From contig CAKSFN010000006.1 in NCBI GenBank assembly GCA_934454405.1, positions 10,503 to 74,502 of the forward strand: a DNA stretch of 64,000 nucleotides. The letters run 5' to 3'. Shown here one piece after another: positions 18,576-27,407 of this stretch. Within the stretch, counting starts at the first letter, position 1, and each line of letters opens with the position of its first letter. The DNA is from an uncultured Eubacteriales bacterium (GTDB lineage: Bacteria; Bacillota; Clostridia; Oscillospirales; UBA644). A program made the position numbers and the translations under genes. Below the pieces are notes generated by a model that worked only from the letters and a program-made list of their open reading frames with translations, had not been told where the DNA came from and ran no database searches.

Positions 18576-18634
18576 GAGGATATACGCAATTATGGTGATT
18601 ACTTTTTCAATTATGATATCGTCTGTTGCCGCTA

Positions 18635-18663
18635 TTGACAACCACCGCCGAATATTGTATAAT
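18635..18663 (+). promoter_or_regulatory. Sigma-A type promoter of nadE
   Basis: TTGACA-17 nt-TATAAT. Confidence 0.65.
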
Positions 18664-18705
18664 AAAATGTAAAATAACAGCAATCTGAAACAAGAGGATA
18701 ATACT

Positions 18706-20268
18706 ATGAAAATTTTGGCTGCGACATTTGTCGTTTCCGTCGGCAGACCGTTCCGCAACGCGGACGCCATGATGAAAGTTATGGACGAAAACGAAGCCGA
18801 TGTTTACCTTTTTCCCGCATACTGCCTGACCGGCGCAAGCTGCTCGGATCTGGCGCACTATAAGTGCTTTGCGGACGAGACCAACGAGGCTCTTGACAAA
18901 CTCTGCGAATATTCCGAAAAAACGGGCAAATGCTTTGTTACCGCCGTTTACGGCTACGATAATATTATCGTCAAGGGCGGCGACCTGATACAGAAACCCA
19001 CCGTAAAGATAGGCGGAAAGACCGTTATGGTCTCCGAGTCGGGCACGGAGACGAACGCCGACGTTCTGCTTCTTCCGACCGCAATGGACGGCTATCCATG
19101 CATTCAGAACGACATCATCGAGTTCTGCGCGGACGCGGCAAACAAACGTCATTGCGTTGTCGCTGTTGCAAACTGCGGCTTCGGCGAAAGTTCCGCGGAC
19201 CGCGTTTACAAGGGCTTTACGGGCATCTTTAACAGCGGCGTTATCGTTGATTTCAAAAGTCAGGAACGTCCCGAGACCGTTATCGCCTGCGCGGACAGCG
19301 ACAAAAAAACGGGACTTATCTACTCCCGCCCGAACAGGGGAACGGAGCGCATACCGTATTACGGCAAAAACGAGCCGTCCCGCTATCTGAACGAACTTTT
19401 CCTGCTTCAAACGCAGGCGCTCTATCAGCGCATAGTCGGTTCGGGACTGAAAAAAGCCGTTATCGGCGTCAGCGGCGGGCTTGATTCCACGCTTGCTCTG
19501 CTTGTTGCGGAAAACGCTTTCCGCATGGCGGGTCTGCCCACGGAAAATATTATCGCCATAACCATGCCCGGCTTCGGCACATCAGCAAGAACCCATTCGA
19601 ACGCCGACAGCCTGATGAAACTTCTCGGCTGCACCTGCCGCGAAATATCCATCGTCGGACCGACCAAAGCGATGTTTGAAGCGCTGGGACACGACGAGGC
19701 AAACAAGAACGTTGTTTACGAAAACGCACAGGCAAGAACCAGAGCGGATATCCTGTTCAACGTCGGCAACGCGGAGGGCGCATTCGTTGTCGGCACGGGC
19801 GACCTTTCGGAAGCCGCACTCGGCTGGTGCACGTTCGGCGGCGACGACCTCGCACATTACAACCCCAACGCTTCCGTTCCCAAAACGCTTGTCCGCGAAC
19901 TTGTAAAGAATATCGCTGCCACCCGCGGCGGCGACCTCGGCAAGGTGCTTACGGACATCGCCGAGACCCCGATAAGCCCCGAACTTGTCGAGGGACAGGA
20001 GACCGAAAAGAGCGTTGGCAAATACGAGCTTATCGACTTTATAATGTTCTTCTTCGCCAAACGCCGCGCCGCATATTCGGATATTAAAAATCTTTGCCTT
20101 GCCGTGTTTGAAGAACTTGACGAGGACGAGATAGTTTCGACGCTTGACCGTTTCTACGACCGTTTCAAGTCCAACCGCTTCAAGCGCGCCGCCGTTTTCG
20201 AGGGCGCGAACCTGCTCGGCTTCTCGCTGCCGTACTTCCCCGCGGATATAGATTACGAACTCATCTGA
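18706..20268 (+). CDS. nadE: Glutamine-dependent NAD+ synthetase
   Basis: N-terminal CN-hydrolase-like domain plus a PP-loop (GVSGGLDSTLAL). Confidence 0.85.
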   Translation: MKILAATFVVSVGRPFRNADAMMKVMDENEADVYLFPAYCLTGASCSDLAHYKCFADETNEALDKLCEYSEKTGKCFVTAVYGYDNIIVKGGDLIQKPTVKIGGKTVMVSESGTETNADVLLLPTAMDGYPCIQNDIIEFCADAANKRHCVVAVANCGFGESSADRVYKGFTGIFNSGVIVDFKSQERPETVIACADSDKKTGLIYSRPNRGTERIPYYGKNEPSRYLNELFLLQTQALYQRIVGSGLKKAVIGVSGGLDSTLALLVAENAFRMAGLPTENIIAITMPGFGTSARTHSNADSLMKLLGCTCREISIVGPTKAMFEALGHDEANKNVVYENAQARTRADILFNVGNAEGAFVVGTGDLSEAALGWCTFGGDDLAHYNPNASVPKTLVRELVKNIAATRGGDLGKVLTDIAETPISPELVEGQETEKSVGKYELIDFIMFFFAKRRAAYSDIKNLCLAVFEELDEDEIVSTLDRFYDRFKSNRFKRAAVFEGANLLGFSLPYFPADIDYELI

Positions 20269-20345
20269 TCTTTCGGGCGGATAACTTTCGTCTTTGTGAA
20301 AAAACAGAACGGGCGGCTCTGTCCGCCGCAACGAAAGGAGTTTTT

Positions 20346-21800
20346 ATGAAAAACAGAGTTTTTGCGTTTTTTCTTTCGCTTATTCTCATAACCGCGGCTT
20401 TTATCAGCCCCTCGCTCGCAAATTCCGCGCCGCGCTTTTGGCAGGGGACGGACACCTCGGGCGTTATCGCCGCGGCAGACGACTGCCCTCTTACCGTAGA
20501 GCGTGAAACGCTGACTTTCGATATCGGAGAGTTTCCGGATACGCATTACGAAAGCGAAAAGGGCTTTCTTGCTTACGCGGGAAAGGTTTCCGCCGAATAC
20601 GTTTTTCGCAATCCGACCGATTACAAGGTGACCGCAAAACTTGTCTTTCCTTTCGGAAATCCGCCGTTTTACGGAGAATTTTCGGACTCTGCCGCCGATA
20701 AGATATCCGTATCTTTTCCCGATACGGAAAAATACGGCGTCGCGGTTGACGGCAAACCTGCGGAGGCGACGGTTCGTTACACTTTCAAAAACAGGTATAC
20801 AGCCTTTTCTCTTGAAGAGGATATGCCGAGACTTTCGGACGGCTTTGTCTCCGACCCGTTTTTCCGCCCCGATCTGCCCGTCCGCACTCTTGTATATTCC
20901 GTCGAGGGGCTTGACGAGCGGCACAGCGCCGCAACGGCGGCTTTTGTGTACGGCTCAGATAAGTCCGAAACGCGCGTTCTTTGCGAATCGCAGAGCGGCG
21001 CGAATGTTTTGAAATCCGGCTATCAGATTTCCTGCTGGGTTAAAAACGGCGACACTCTCACGGTTCGTTTTTTCGGGGACCTTCCCGAAAAAGAACTGAA
21101 ATGGACGCTTTATGAAAACGGCGCCTGCGAAGATGTTATCGACGGAACCGTGACCCTGAAACATTCCGACGTCACGGCGTTTTCCGATTACGCTCTCGGT
21201 CAGTATTCAGCCGACGCGGAGATCCTTGATGTTGATAAATACAACGCCACGGTCGCTTTTCTGAATTATCTTTCGGAAGGCTCGGGAAAAGGTGTGATTT
21301 TTTGGGATAAATGGGACTTTTCCCTGATGCGGTGGTACGAGTATGAACTCTCTCTCGAACCGGGACAGACCCTGACGAACACGGTGACCGCGCCTCTTTA
21401 TCCGGACATCGACGCGAGTTATTCTCCGAGCGTTTACAGTTATAAATACCTACTTTCGCCCGCAAAAAAATGGGCGGATTTCGGCGAGTTGAAAATCGTT
21501 GTAAAAACCCCGTATTTTATCACGAAAAGCGGCATTGACGGCTTTTTCAAGACCGACACGGGGTATGAGCTTTCCCTGCCGGGGCTGCCCGATACGGAGC
21601 TGGAATTTTCGCTTTCCGCCTCCGAATCTCCGAAATATGTAAAAACGGGCTTTTTCAGTTCTTTCCCGGGCAAAATCATAGCCGTCGCCGCGCTTGTCCT
21701 TTTTGTGGGGATCCCCCTGCTTGTCGGCGCGACAGTATTCGCCGTGACCCTCCTGAAAAAGAGAAAGCGCGACCGAAAAACCACTTCTTGCGGCGAATGA
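20346..21800 (+). CDS. Secreted, C-terminally anchored protein of unknown function
   Basis: Signal peptide (..SPSLANSAP) and a single C-terminal TM helix followed by KKRKRDRK. Confidence 0.7.
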   Translation: MKNRVFAFFLSLILITAAFISPSLANSAPRFWQGTDTSGVIAAADDCPLTVERETLTFDIGEFPDTHYESEKGFLAYAGKVSAEYVFRNPTDYKVTAKLVFPFGNPPFYGEFSDSAADKISVSFPDTEKYGVAVDGKPAEATVRYTFKNRYTAFSLEEDMPRLSDGFVSDPFFRPDLPVRTLVYSVEGLDERHSAATAAFVYGSDKSETRVLCESQSGANVLKSGYQISCWVKNGDTLTVRFFGDLPEKELKWTLYENGACEDVIDGTVTLKHSDVTAFSDYALGQYSADAEILDVDKYNATVAFLNYLSEGSGKGVIFWDKWDFSLMRWYEYELSLEPGQTLTNTVTAPLYPDIDASYSPSVYSYKYLLSPAKKWADFGELKIVVKTPYFITKSGIDGFFKTDTGYELSLPGLPDTELEFSLSASESPKYVKTGFFSSFPGKIIAVAALVLFVGIPLLVGATVFAVTLLKKRKRDRKTTSCGE

Positions 21801-21852
21801 ACAGCCCCGTTTCGGGATCTTTCTGCCCGATACGGGCGCATAATACCGAAAA

Positions 21853-21885
21853 AAAAGAGATCGCGAGGTCTCTTTTTTCTTTTTG
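21853..21885 (+). terminator. Rho-independent terminator
   Basis: AAAAGAGATC-GCGA-GGTCTCTTTT, then a T-rich tail. Confidence 0.65.
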
Positions 21886-21961
21886 CCCCGTCGCGACGTC
21901 CTCTTTTTCGGTCGAGCCGCGAACAAACTCGCAAAACTTCGCGGCTGTCGCGCAAAAACCG

Positions 21962-21990
21962 TTGACAAACCGCGCGTTCGGTGTTATCTT
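21962..21990 (+). promoter_or_regulatory. Possible promoter of the M64 peptidase gene
   Basis: TTGACA-17 nt-TATCTT. Confidence 0.4.
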
Positions 21991-22027
21991 ATAAGCATAA
22001 TTATAAATTCAATACGGAGCAAAGAAT

Positions 22028-24073
22028 ATGAAAAAAACGGTGCGAAACAAATGCCGCGCGTCGGCGTTTTTTATCTTGTTTTCAATGATGATCGGGCTTT
22101 TTGCTTTTGTTTTGCCGAAAACGGCGGCAGCCGAAACGTCGGGCAACGAAAACGCCGTCCCGTTTCCCGTTCATATCATTCAAAAATGCGGCAGCGACGC
22201 CGAAAACCGCGTAATGCTCTTTTTCGGTGACGGCTATACCGCGTCGGAAAGAGATAAATTTATATCGGACGTGACACGCCGCGTTCGCGGAATGCTTTCT
22301 TATGAGCCGTTCGCGTCCTACGCGACAAAAATCAACATCTATGCCGTCGCGCCGCCGTCCGAGGAAAGCGGAGTAAGCGTTTCTTTCGGAACGGTGAAAA
22401 ACACGTATTTTTCCGTCTCGCATTACGGAAAGACCACGTATATTTCGGAAGACGGTATGAACAAGCTCCGCGCTCTGCGCGACGTCATAGAGGAAAAATA
22501 TCTCGATAAAGGCAGCAGCGCCTGCTCCGTTCATATCCTTTCCAATTCCGAAGAATATTTCGGCTCCGCGGCTCCGCGCGGTTATTTTTCGTATTCGTCG
22601 CTTGCGGAGGACGGTGAAAACGGAGAATCCATGACGCACGAGATAGGTCACGCGATAGGCCGTCTTGCGGACGAGTACGGAAGTTTCAGGGAAAACTCCG
22701 TAAACATCTCAAACACCGCCTCTCAAAGCGACGTTCCGTGGCGCGATTTTCTCGGCTTCCGGGGCGTCGGCATAACGCAGGGCAACGCCTCGTCGACCTA
22801 TATCCCGTCCCGCTCCTGCATTATGGAGGATATCGGAAATTATCGGTTCTGCGAAGTTTGCAAAGCCGAGCTTGTTCGCCGTCTGAACGATTCCGCGTAT
22901 ACCGAAAAACCCGAAAAGATATACGTTGCCGCGCCCGACGTGACAATAGAACATTCCGCAACGGACGCGATAGGCTCTGCCTATGAAAAATACCGCATAA
23001 CAAGCAAAAACCTGCTCCGCGCAAAGGGACACGACCTCGAATTCCGCACCGTCGTTCAAAACCTTTCGTCCGAACCCCGAACGCTGAAACTGACTTTCCG
23101 CATAATATCCGAGGAAAACGAAATAAAACTCGAACGCTCACAAACGTTTGAAATCCCCGCGCTTTCCTCGTGGTACGACTATGCGCCCGCAAGAAAGTCG
23201 CTGTCTCTTGTCATTTCCGCCGCCGACCTGCCGTCCCTTTATTGGAAAGACCGCATCGAGGGCTTTGTCACGGACGCGGAAACGGGCGAGGTGCTTGCCA
23301 CCGACAAAAGCGGCGATTTTGAACGAAAAACGCTTACGGTGACCTGTAAGACGACCGACGGAAAAAATATTCCGAATGTCGGCGAAATGCTTATTCCGCT
23401 GCCCGAAAACGGCAGCCTTCCAACTCCGCCGCAAACACTTTCGGGGCTTATTTTCGCGCGCAGGGAAACCGTTTCGCGGACGGACGCGGGCGTGGAAGAA
23501 GTATGGTATTACGAGCCTCGGACAGCGTCCGAACCTTTCGTTTCAAAACTTCTTCCCGTTTCCGATTATAAATCGACCGATACTCTCCCGACGCTTAAAG
23601 GCAGCGTTTTCGCGGGCTGGTTTGACGACGAAAACTGCACCGAACCCTATCTTAAAACCGACGGCAGCGCCTATGCAAAATTCATTCCCGCCGCAGTTTT
23701 TTCCGTCAAAAGCCAACTCCGTGTCGGCACAGTCCCGACCTCCTCTTCAACCTCTCTGCGCCTGATAACCACCGTTGACGGCGATATGTATTCCTCCGTC
23801 GGCTTCCGCGTTGAATACGGCGGCAAGACCGTCGATGTCGAAACAAAAACCGTCTATTCCTCGCTGTTTGCAACCGACGGCGCCTCCTCTTTTGAATACC
23901 GACCCTCCGATATCTGCTTTGCGTCGAAATATTTCGCCACGTTTGTTCTTTCGTCCGTGCCGTCTTCGGCATTCTCACAAAAAATAACCGTCACGCCCTT
24001 TGTCCGCACCCTTGACGGCTCTTTCGTCCTCGGCACTCCGACCGATATAGTCATTTCCGAAAAACTCGGCTGA
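22028..24073 (+). CDS. M64-family (IgA-protease-like) zinc metallopeptidase, secreted
   Basis: Signal peptide, MLFFGDGYTASERDKF, HEIGHAIGRLADEY and a long beta-rich C-terminal extension. Confidence 0.8.
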   Translation: MKKTVRNKCRASAFFILFSMMIGLFAFVLPKTAAAETSGNENAVPFPVHIIQKCGSDAENRVMLFFGDGYTASERDKFISDVTRRVRGMLSYEPFASYATKINIYAVAPPSEESGVSVSFGTVKNTYFSVSHYGKTTYISEDGMNKLRALRDVIEEKYLDKGSSACSVHILSNSEEYFGSAAPRGYFSYSSLAEDGENGESMTHEIGHAIGRLADEYGSFRENSVNISNTASQSDVPWRDFLGFRGVGITQGNASSTYIPSRSCIMEDIGNYRFCEVCKAELVRRLNDSAYTEKPEKIYVAAPDVTIEHSATDAIGSAYEKYRITSKNLLRAKGHDLEFRTVVQNLSSEPRTLKLTFRIISEENEIKLERSQTFEIPALSSWYDYAPARKSLSLVISAADLPSLYWKDRIEGFVTDAETGEVLATDKSGDFERKTLTVTCKTTDGKNIPNVGEMLIPLPENGSLPTPPQTLSGLIFARRETVSRTDAGVEEVWYYEPRTASEPFVSKLLPVSDYKSTDTLPTLKGSVFAGWFDDENCTEPYLKTDGSAYAKFIPAAVFSVKSQLRVGTVPTSSSTSLRLITTVDGDMYSSVGFRVEYGGKTVDVETKTVYSSLFATDGASSFEYRPSDICFASKYFATFVLSSVPSSAFSQKITVTPFVRTLDGSFVLGTPTDIVISEKLG

Positions 24074-24220
24074 TAACTCTGTCCCTAAAGCGCGCAATCC
24101 GCCCGTGTCGGCAATACGCGTTCGACCGTATTCGGTCCGTGCCGAGTTTTTCCCGTCAAATCAATTTGCTTTTTCGGATTTTATGCCGTATATTTCAGAA
24201 AATATCGCGTAGACGAACAA

Positions 24221-24272
24221 TTCACCCCGTGCTTTTGTCATATCGGACAAGAGTACGGGGTGAAGCTTTTTG
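24221..24272. terminator. Bidirectional terminator between the M64 gene and chrA
   Basis: TTCACCCCGT...ACGGGGTGAA stem with an inner CTTTTGTC/GACAAGAG stem, then a T5 run. Confidence 0.65.
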
Positions 24273-24300
24273 ATTTTATTTTAATGTATTGCCGCAAGCG

Positions 24301-24873
24301 TCACAGCGCGTAAAACAGCACGCCCAGCACCGCCGAAAACAGAAGCAGGATTATAGGGGAGAGTTGCTTTTTGCGCAGCAGTTTGTATCCTGCGGCAGCG
24401 GCGCCGATAACCGCAAACATCACAATTCTCTTGATGTTCGGCGCAAAGCCCGAGCCGACGGCGGAAAAGCCGAAAAGCGTTTCAAGCGCCATAATAAGCG
24501 CCGTTGCAAGTATCATCGCGATTATGCACGGGCGAATGCCGTTCAGAAATGCCTGCACGCCGCCGTATTTCATCAGCCGCTTCATCGCAAGCGCAATAAG
24601 CGAAATGATGATAAAAGACGGAAGCACGACCCCGAATGTCGCCGCAAGCGCGCCGAAAAAGCCGCCCTGTGTCGAGCCGACGAACGTCGCCATGTTTATC
24701 GCAAGAGGTCCGGGTGTCGATTCCGAAACCGCTATCATATTAAGAAATTCACTTTCGGCAAGCCACTCATTTGAGATAACGGTCTCGCGTATCAGGGAGA
24801 TCATGCCGTACCCGCCCCCGAAAGAGACCGTGCCTATCATCAGAAAATTGAGAAAGAGTTGAAGATATATCAT
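24301..24873 (-). CDS. chrA: Chromate transporter family protein (second half-size subunit)
   Basis: 190 aa, multi-TM. N-terminal FGGGYGMISL motif typical of the CHR family, paired with 25505-26104. Confidence 0.85.
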   Translation of the reverse strand: MIYLQLFLNFLMIGTVSFGGGYGMISLIRETVISNEWLAESEFLNMIAVSESTPGPLAINMATFVGSTQGGFFGALAATFGVVLPSFIIISLIALAMKRLMKYGGVQAFLNGIRPCIIAMILATALIMALETLFGFSAVGSGFAPNIKRIVMFAVIGAAAAGYKLLRKKQLSPIILLLFSAVLGVLFYAL

Positions 24874-25004
24874 TTTCTATCGCCTCTTTCTGTCGTTAAT
24901 ATAAAATCTTTTATTCATCTTGCGGATTTCTTTTTGTTTTTGTAAAAGGTATTGTTTTTATGGGTTTACGGAAAGATTCATAATATATCTGCTGTGCCTG
25001 AAGA

Positions 25005-25440
25005 GTGCATAGCCTTTTTCTTTCCGCTTTGCGGAGTTTGCGTCGTTTTTCGCAGGCGAAAAGCCGAGCAAACAGTATTATCCGATTTTGGGCGAAGAAA
25101 AGCCCGTTTTCACAAGCCTGACAGTGTTGCTTTTGCCCTGTTTTATTGTCTCGTCGCTTAAAATACGAAAGTATTCTCGCACTCCTCGACTTCAAAACAG
25201 AACAAAATCAAGGCTGTCAGGTCGAAGAGTTTCACGGAGATAATGTTTTTCTCCGTGAAACGGTCACTTTGAAGCAATACTTTGTGTATTGCAAGAAGTG
25301 AACGCAATGCGGAGGGAAAGATTAGCCCGTGAAACCTTATGAGAACGGACTTTTCTTCGCCCTTACGCCGTGCGATAGTTCGTTCCTTCGAACGAACCGC
25401 ACATGGCTAATCGCAAAAAATGCAGCGGCTTTTTTGCGAT
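25005..25440 (+). repeat. Structured interspersed element, family 1, copy A (carries a nested insert)
   Basis: Its 79-nt left part and ~75-nt right part are near-identical to 26421-26585. The right part is the core ACGCCGTGCGA-[hairpin]-CGCACATGGCT-[hairpin]. Confidence 0.8.
25090..25362. repeat. Nested ~273-bp insert closed by an inverted repeat
   Basis: GGGCGAAGAAAAG(C)CCGTT..CAC at 25090 pairs with GTGAAAC...CGGACTTTTCTTCGCCC ending at 25362. It is absent from copy B. Its internal blocks match the insert at 62208-62482. Confidence 0.75.
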
Positions 25441-25508
25441 GCCGTAACCGCCCCGAAAGAGACCGTGCCGATCATCAGAAAATTGAGAAAGAGTTGAAGA
25501 TATATCAT
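25439..25508 (-). pseudogene. Duplicated, frame-broken 5' fragment of the downstream chrA
   Basis: 70 nt matching 24803-24873 with 2 substitutions and a 1-nt deletion. It keeps the ancestral ATGA overlap with the stop of the upstream chrA. Confidence 0.8.
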
Positions 25509-26104
25509 TTTTTGCCCCCTCTTTCCCGACATCTGCCGATAAGGTAGACCGCCACTCCGAGCGCGCCGCATATCAGAATGTAGAAAATCGAGGAGAACGA
25601 AACGGAGAACAGCGAAACCGCTGTCATGGCAGCCGCGACCGCGACAGCCACCGCGATATTGAACGCGTTTTTCTTCATTTCTTTCAGCATTTTCAGCCCT
25701 GCCGAGAATATCAGAAAGACCACTCCGACCCGTATGCCCTCAAATGCATAGCGGACGTATTCAAGCCCGAGGAATCTGTCCAAAAACAGCGAAATGACAT
25801 AGATTATAAAAAACGACGGCATACATATCGCCAAAGTCGCAACCGCCGAACCCGCAAGCCCGGCGATTTTACTTCCGATATAAGTCGCCGCGTTGACCGC
25901 GATGGGTCCCGGCGTCGATTCGGCGATAGCAACTATATCGAGGAACTCATCCTCGTCTATCCAATTCTTTTTGCCGACCAATTCGGCTTCCAGCAGGGCA
26001 ATCATTCCGTAACCGCCGCCGAACGTGAAAGCCCCGACCTTGAAAAAGGTGAGAAAGAGCGTCAAAAGGTTTTTAAGCTTGCTGTTTTTCATATTGTTTG
26101 ACAT
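25505..26104 (-). CDS. chrA: Chromate transporter family protein (first half-size subunit)
   Basis: 199 aa, multi-TM, with the FGGGYGMIALLE motif. Confidence 0.85.
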   Translation of the reverse strand: MSNNMKNSKLKNLLTLFLTFFKVGAFTFGGGYGMIALLEAELVGKKNWIDEDEFLDIVAIAESTPGPIAVNAATYIGSKIAGLAGSAVATLAICMPSFFIIYVISLFLDRFLGLEYVRYAFEGIRVGVVFLIFSAGLKMLKEMKKNAFNIAVAVAVAAAMTAVSLFSVSFSSIFYILICGALGVAVYLIGRCRERGGKK

Positions 26105-26182
26105 CTGTTATTTTATCCGCGAAAATAATATTTATATTCCCGATATTTCGTCTCGCCGCTTCGTCTCCGCTCCGCGGCTTCG

Positions 26183-26234
26183 CCGCCGCTCAACTCTCGC
26201 AACGACGCTTCGCGCCGTCCGAGGTTTCGCGGAA
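26183..26234. repeat. 52-bp GC-rich repeat, copy 1 of 3
   Basis: CCGCCGCTCAACTCTCGCA.CG.C...CGCGCCGTCCGAGGTTTCGCGGAA. Further copies are at 27248 and 27408. Confidence 0.75.
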
Positions 26235-26420
26235 AACAAAAAAGATACCATTGTTCAGAAAAACAAACCAAAAGTAATTGATGTTTTTTTTCGGTTATAT
26301 CGGCAAGTGCGAAAAGTGTTTGCGGAGCAAACAGGGGAATTGCTGAAAAGACGAAGCTATTTGTTAAATACGCAAAGTACGGAATCTGTTAGCTGAAGCA
26401 CACAGGGGACTCCCCGAAAT

Positions 26421-26585
26421 GTGCATAGCCTTTTTCTTTCCGCTGCGCGGAGTTTGCGTCGTTTTTCGCAGGCGAAAAGCCGAGCAAACGGTATTATCCT
26501 ATTTTTATACGCCGTGCGATAGTTCGCGCATACGCGCAAACCGCACATGGCTAATCGCAAAAAATGCAGCGGCTTTTTTGCGATG
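26421..26585 (+). repeat. Structured interspersed element, family 1, copy B (no nested insert)
   Basis: Same left and right parts as copy A. The inner hairpin differs (GCGC-ATAC-GCGC versus GTTCGTTC-CTTC-GAACGAAC) but stays paired. It ends 1 nt before the stop of the next gene. Confidence 0.8.
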
Positions 26586-26586
26586 G

Positions 26587-27099
26587 TTATGCCTTTGTTA
26601 TGTTCGGTATGAGCCAGCTGAACGCCGACGAGCCGCCCGCGCAGATAAGTCCGACCGCTATCGCCGCGCATATAACGCCGCAGCATATCGCGGGAAATGC
26701 GCGCTTGAATTTGATGTCAAGCAGGGAAGCGACGAGCGTTCCCGTCCACGCGCCCGTGCCGGGCAGGGGAATGCCGACAAAGAGAGCCAGCCCGATAAAA
26801 AGCCCGATACCGGTCTTGCCCGAAAGTTTTTTTCCGCCCTTTTCGCCTTTTTCAAGGCAGAACGTGAAGAATTTGCCTATAAATTTTTTGTCCTTGCCCC
26901 AGACAAGCACTTTTCTCGCAAAAAAGTAGATTATCGGAACGGGAACGAGGTTGGCAAGCGCCGAAATTATGCAGACCTGAACTATCGGCAGGTCGTAGCC
27001 GAAAAAGCCCGTCGGAATTGCGCCGCGCAGTTCGACAACGGGAACCATTGAAATAAGAATTATCCAAAGCCACGGGTATTTTGTAAAGAATGCGGACAT
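26587..27099 (-). CDS. COG2426-type small membrane protein (putative small multidrug export protein)
   Basis: Start at MSAFFTKYP, preceded by AGGAGA. Has a VVELRGAIP motif and 4-5 TM helices. Confidence 0.7.
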   Translation of the reverse strand: MSAFFTKYPWLWIILISMVPVVELRGAIPTGFFGYDLPIVQVCIISALANLVPVPIIYFFARKVLVWGKDKKFIGKFFTFCLEKGEKGGKKLSGKTGIGLFIGLALFVGIPLPGTGAWTGTLVASLLDIKFKRAFPAICCGVICAAIAVGLICAGGSSAFSWLIPNITKA

Positions 27100-27247
27100 A
27101 ATTCTCTCCTCTTTTACCTCCGCGCGTGATAAAACGCCTGTTCGAGCGTCTTTTACCGCGCGAAAATGATATAATGTGTCTGTTTTTGTTGCGGTATACT
27201 TGTTTTTTTTAATTTCCCGCGGCTGTTTTTCCTTGACCGCGGCTCCG

Positions 27248-27299
27248 CCGCCGCTCAACTCTCGCATCGGCACGTCGCGCCGTCCGAGGTTTCGCGGAA
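27248..27299. repeat. 52-bp GC-rich repeat, copy 2 of 3
   Basis: Near-identical to 26183-26234. Confidence 0.75.
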
Positions 27300-27407
27300 G
27301 GCCGAACGATACCGCATATATTATATATTAAATCAACGAAAAAAACAAGTTACTGTTTACATAATTCCTGTAAAGATCCTGTAAATTACATAAATCTTTC
27401 CGTTTCT

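Noticed and set aside
24911-26686. Small ORFs inside family-1 elements (24911-25195 minus, 26357-26686 minus, 26419-27051 plus)
   Set aside because: The shared peptide (..ARLFACEKRRKLR.AERKRLCT..) is just the translation of the conserved hairpin region. There is no RBS, and the ORFs run into neighbouring genes or repeats.
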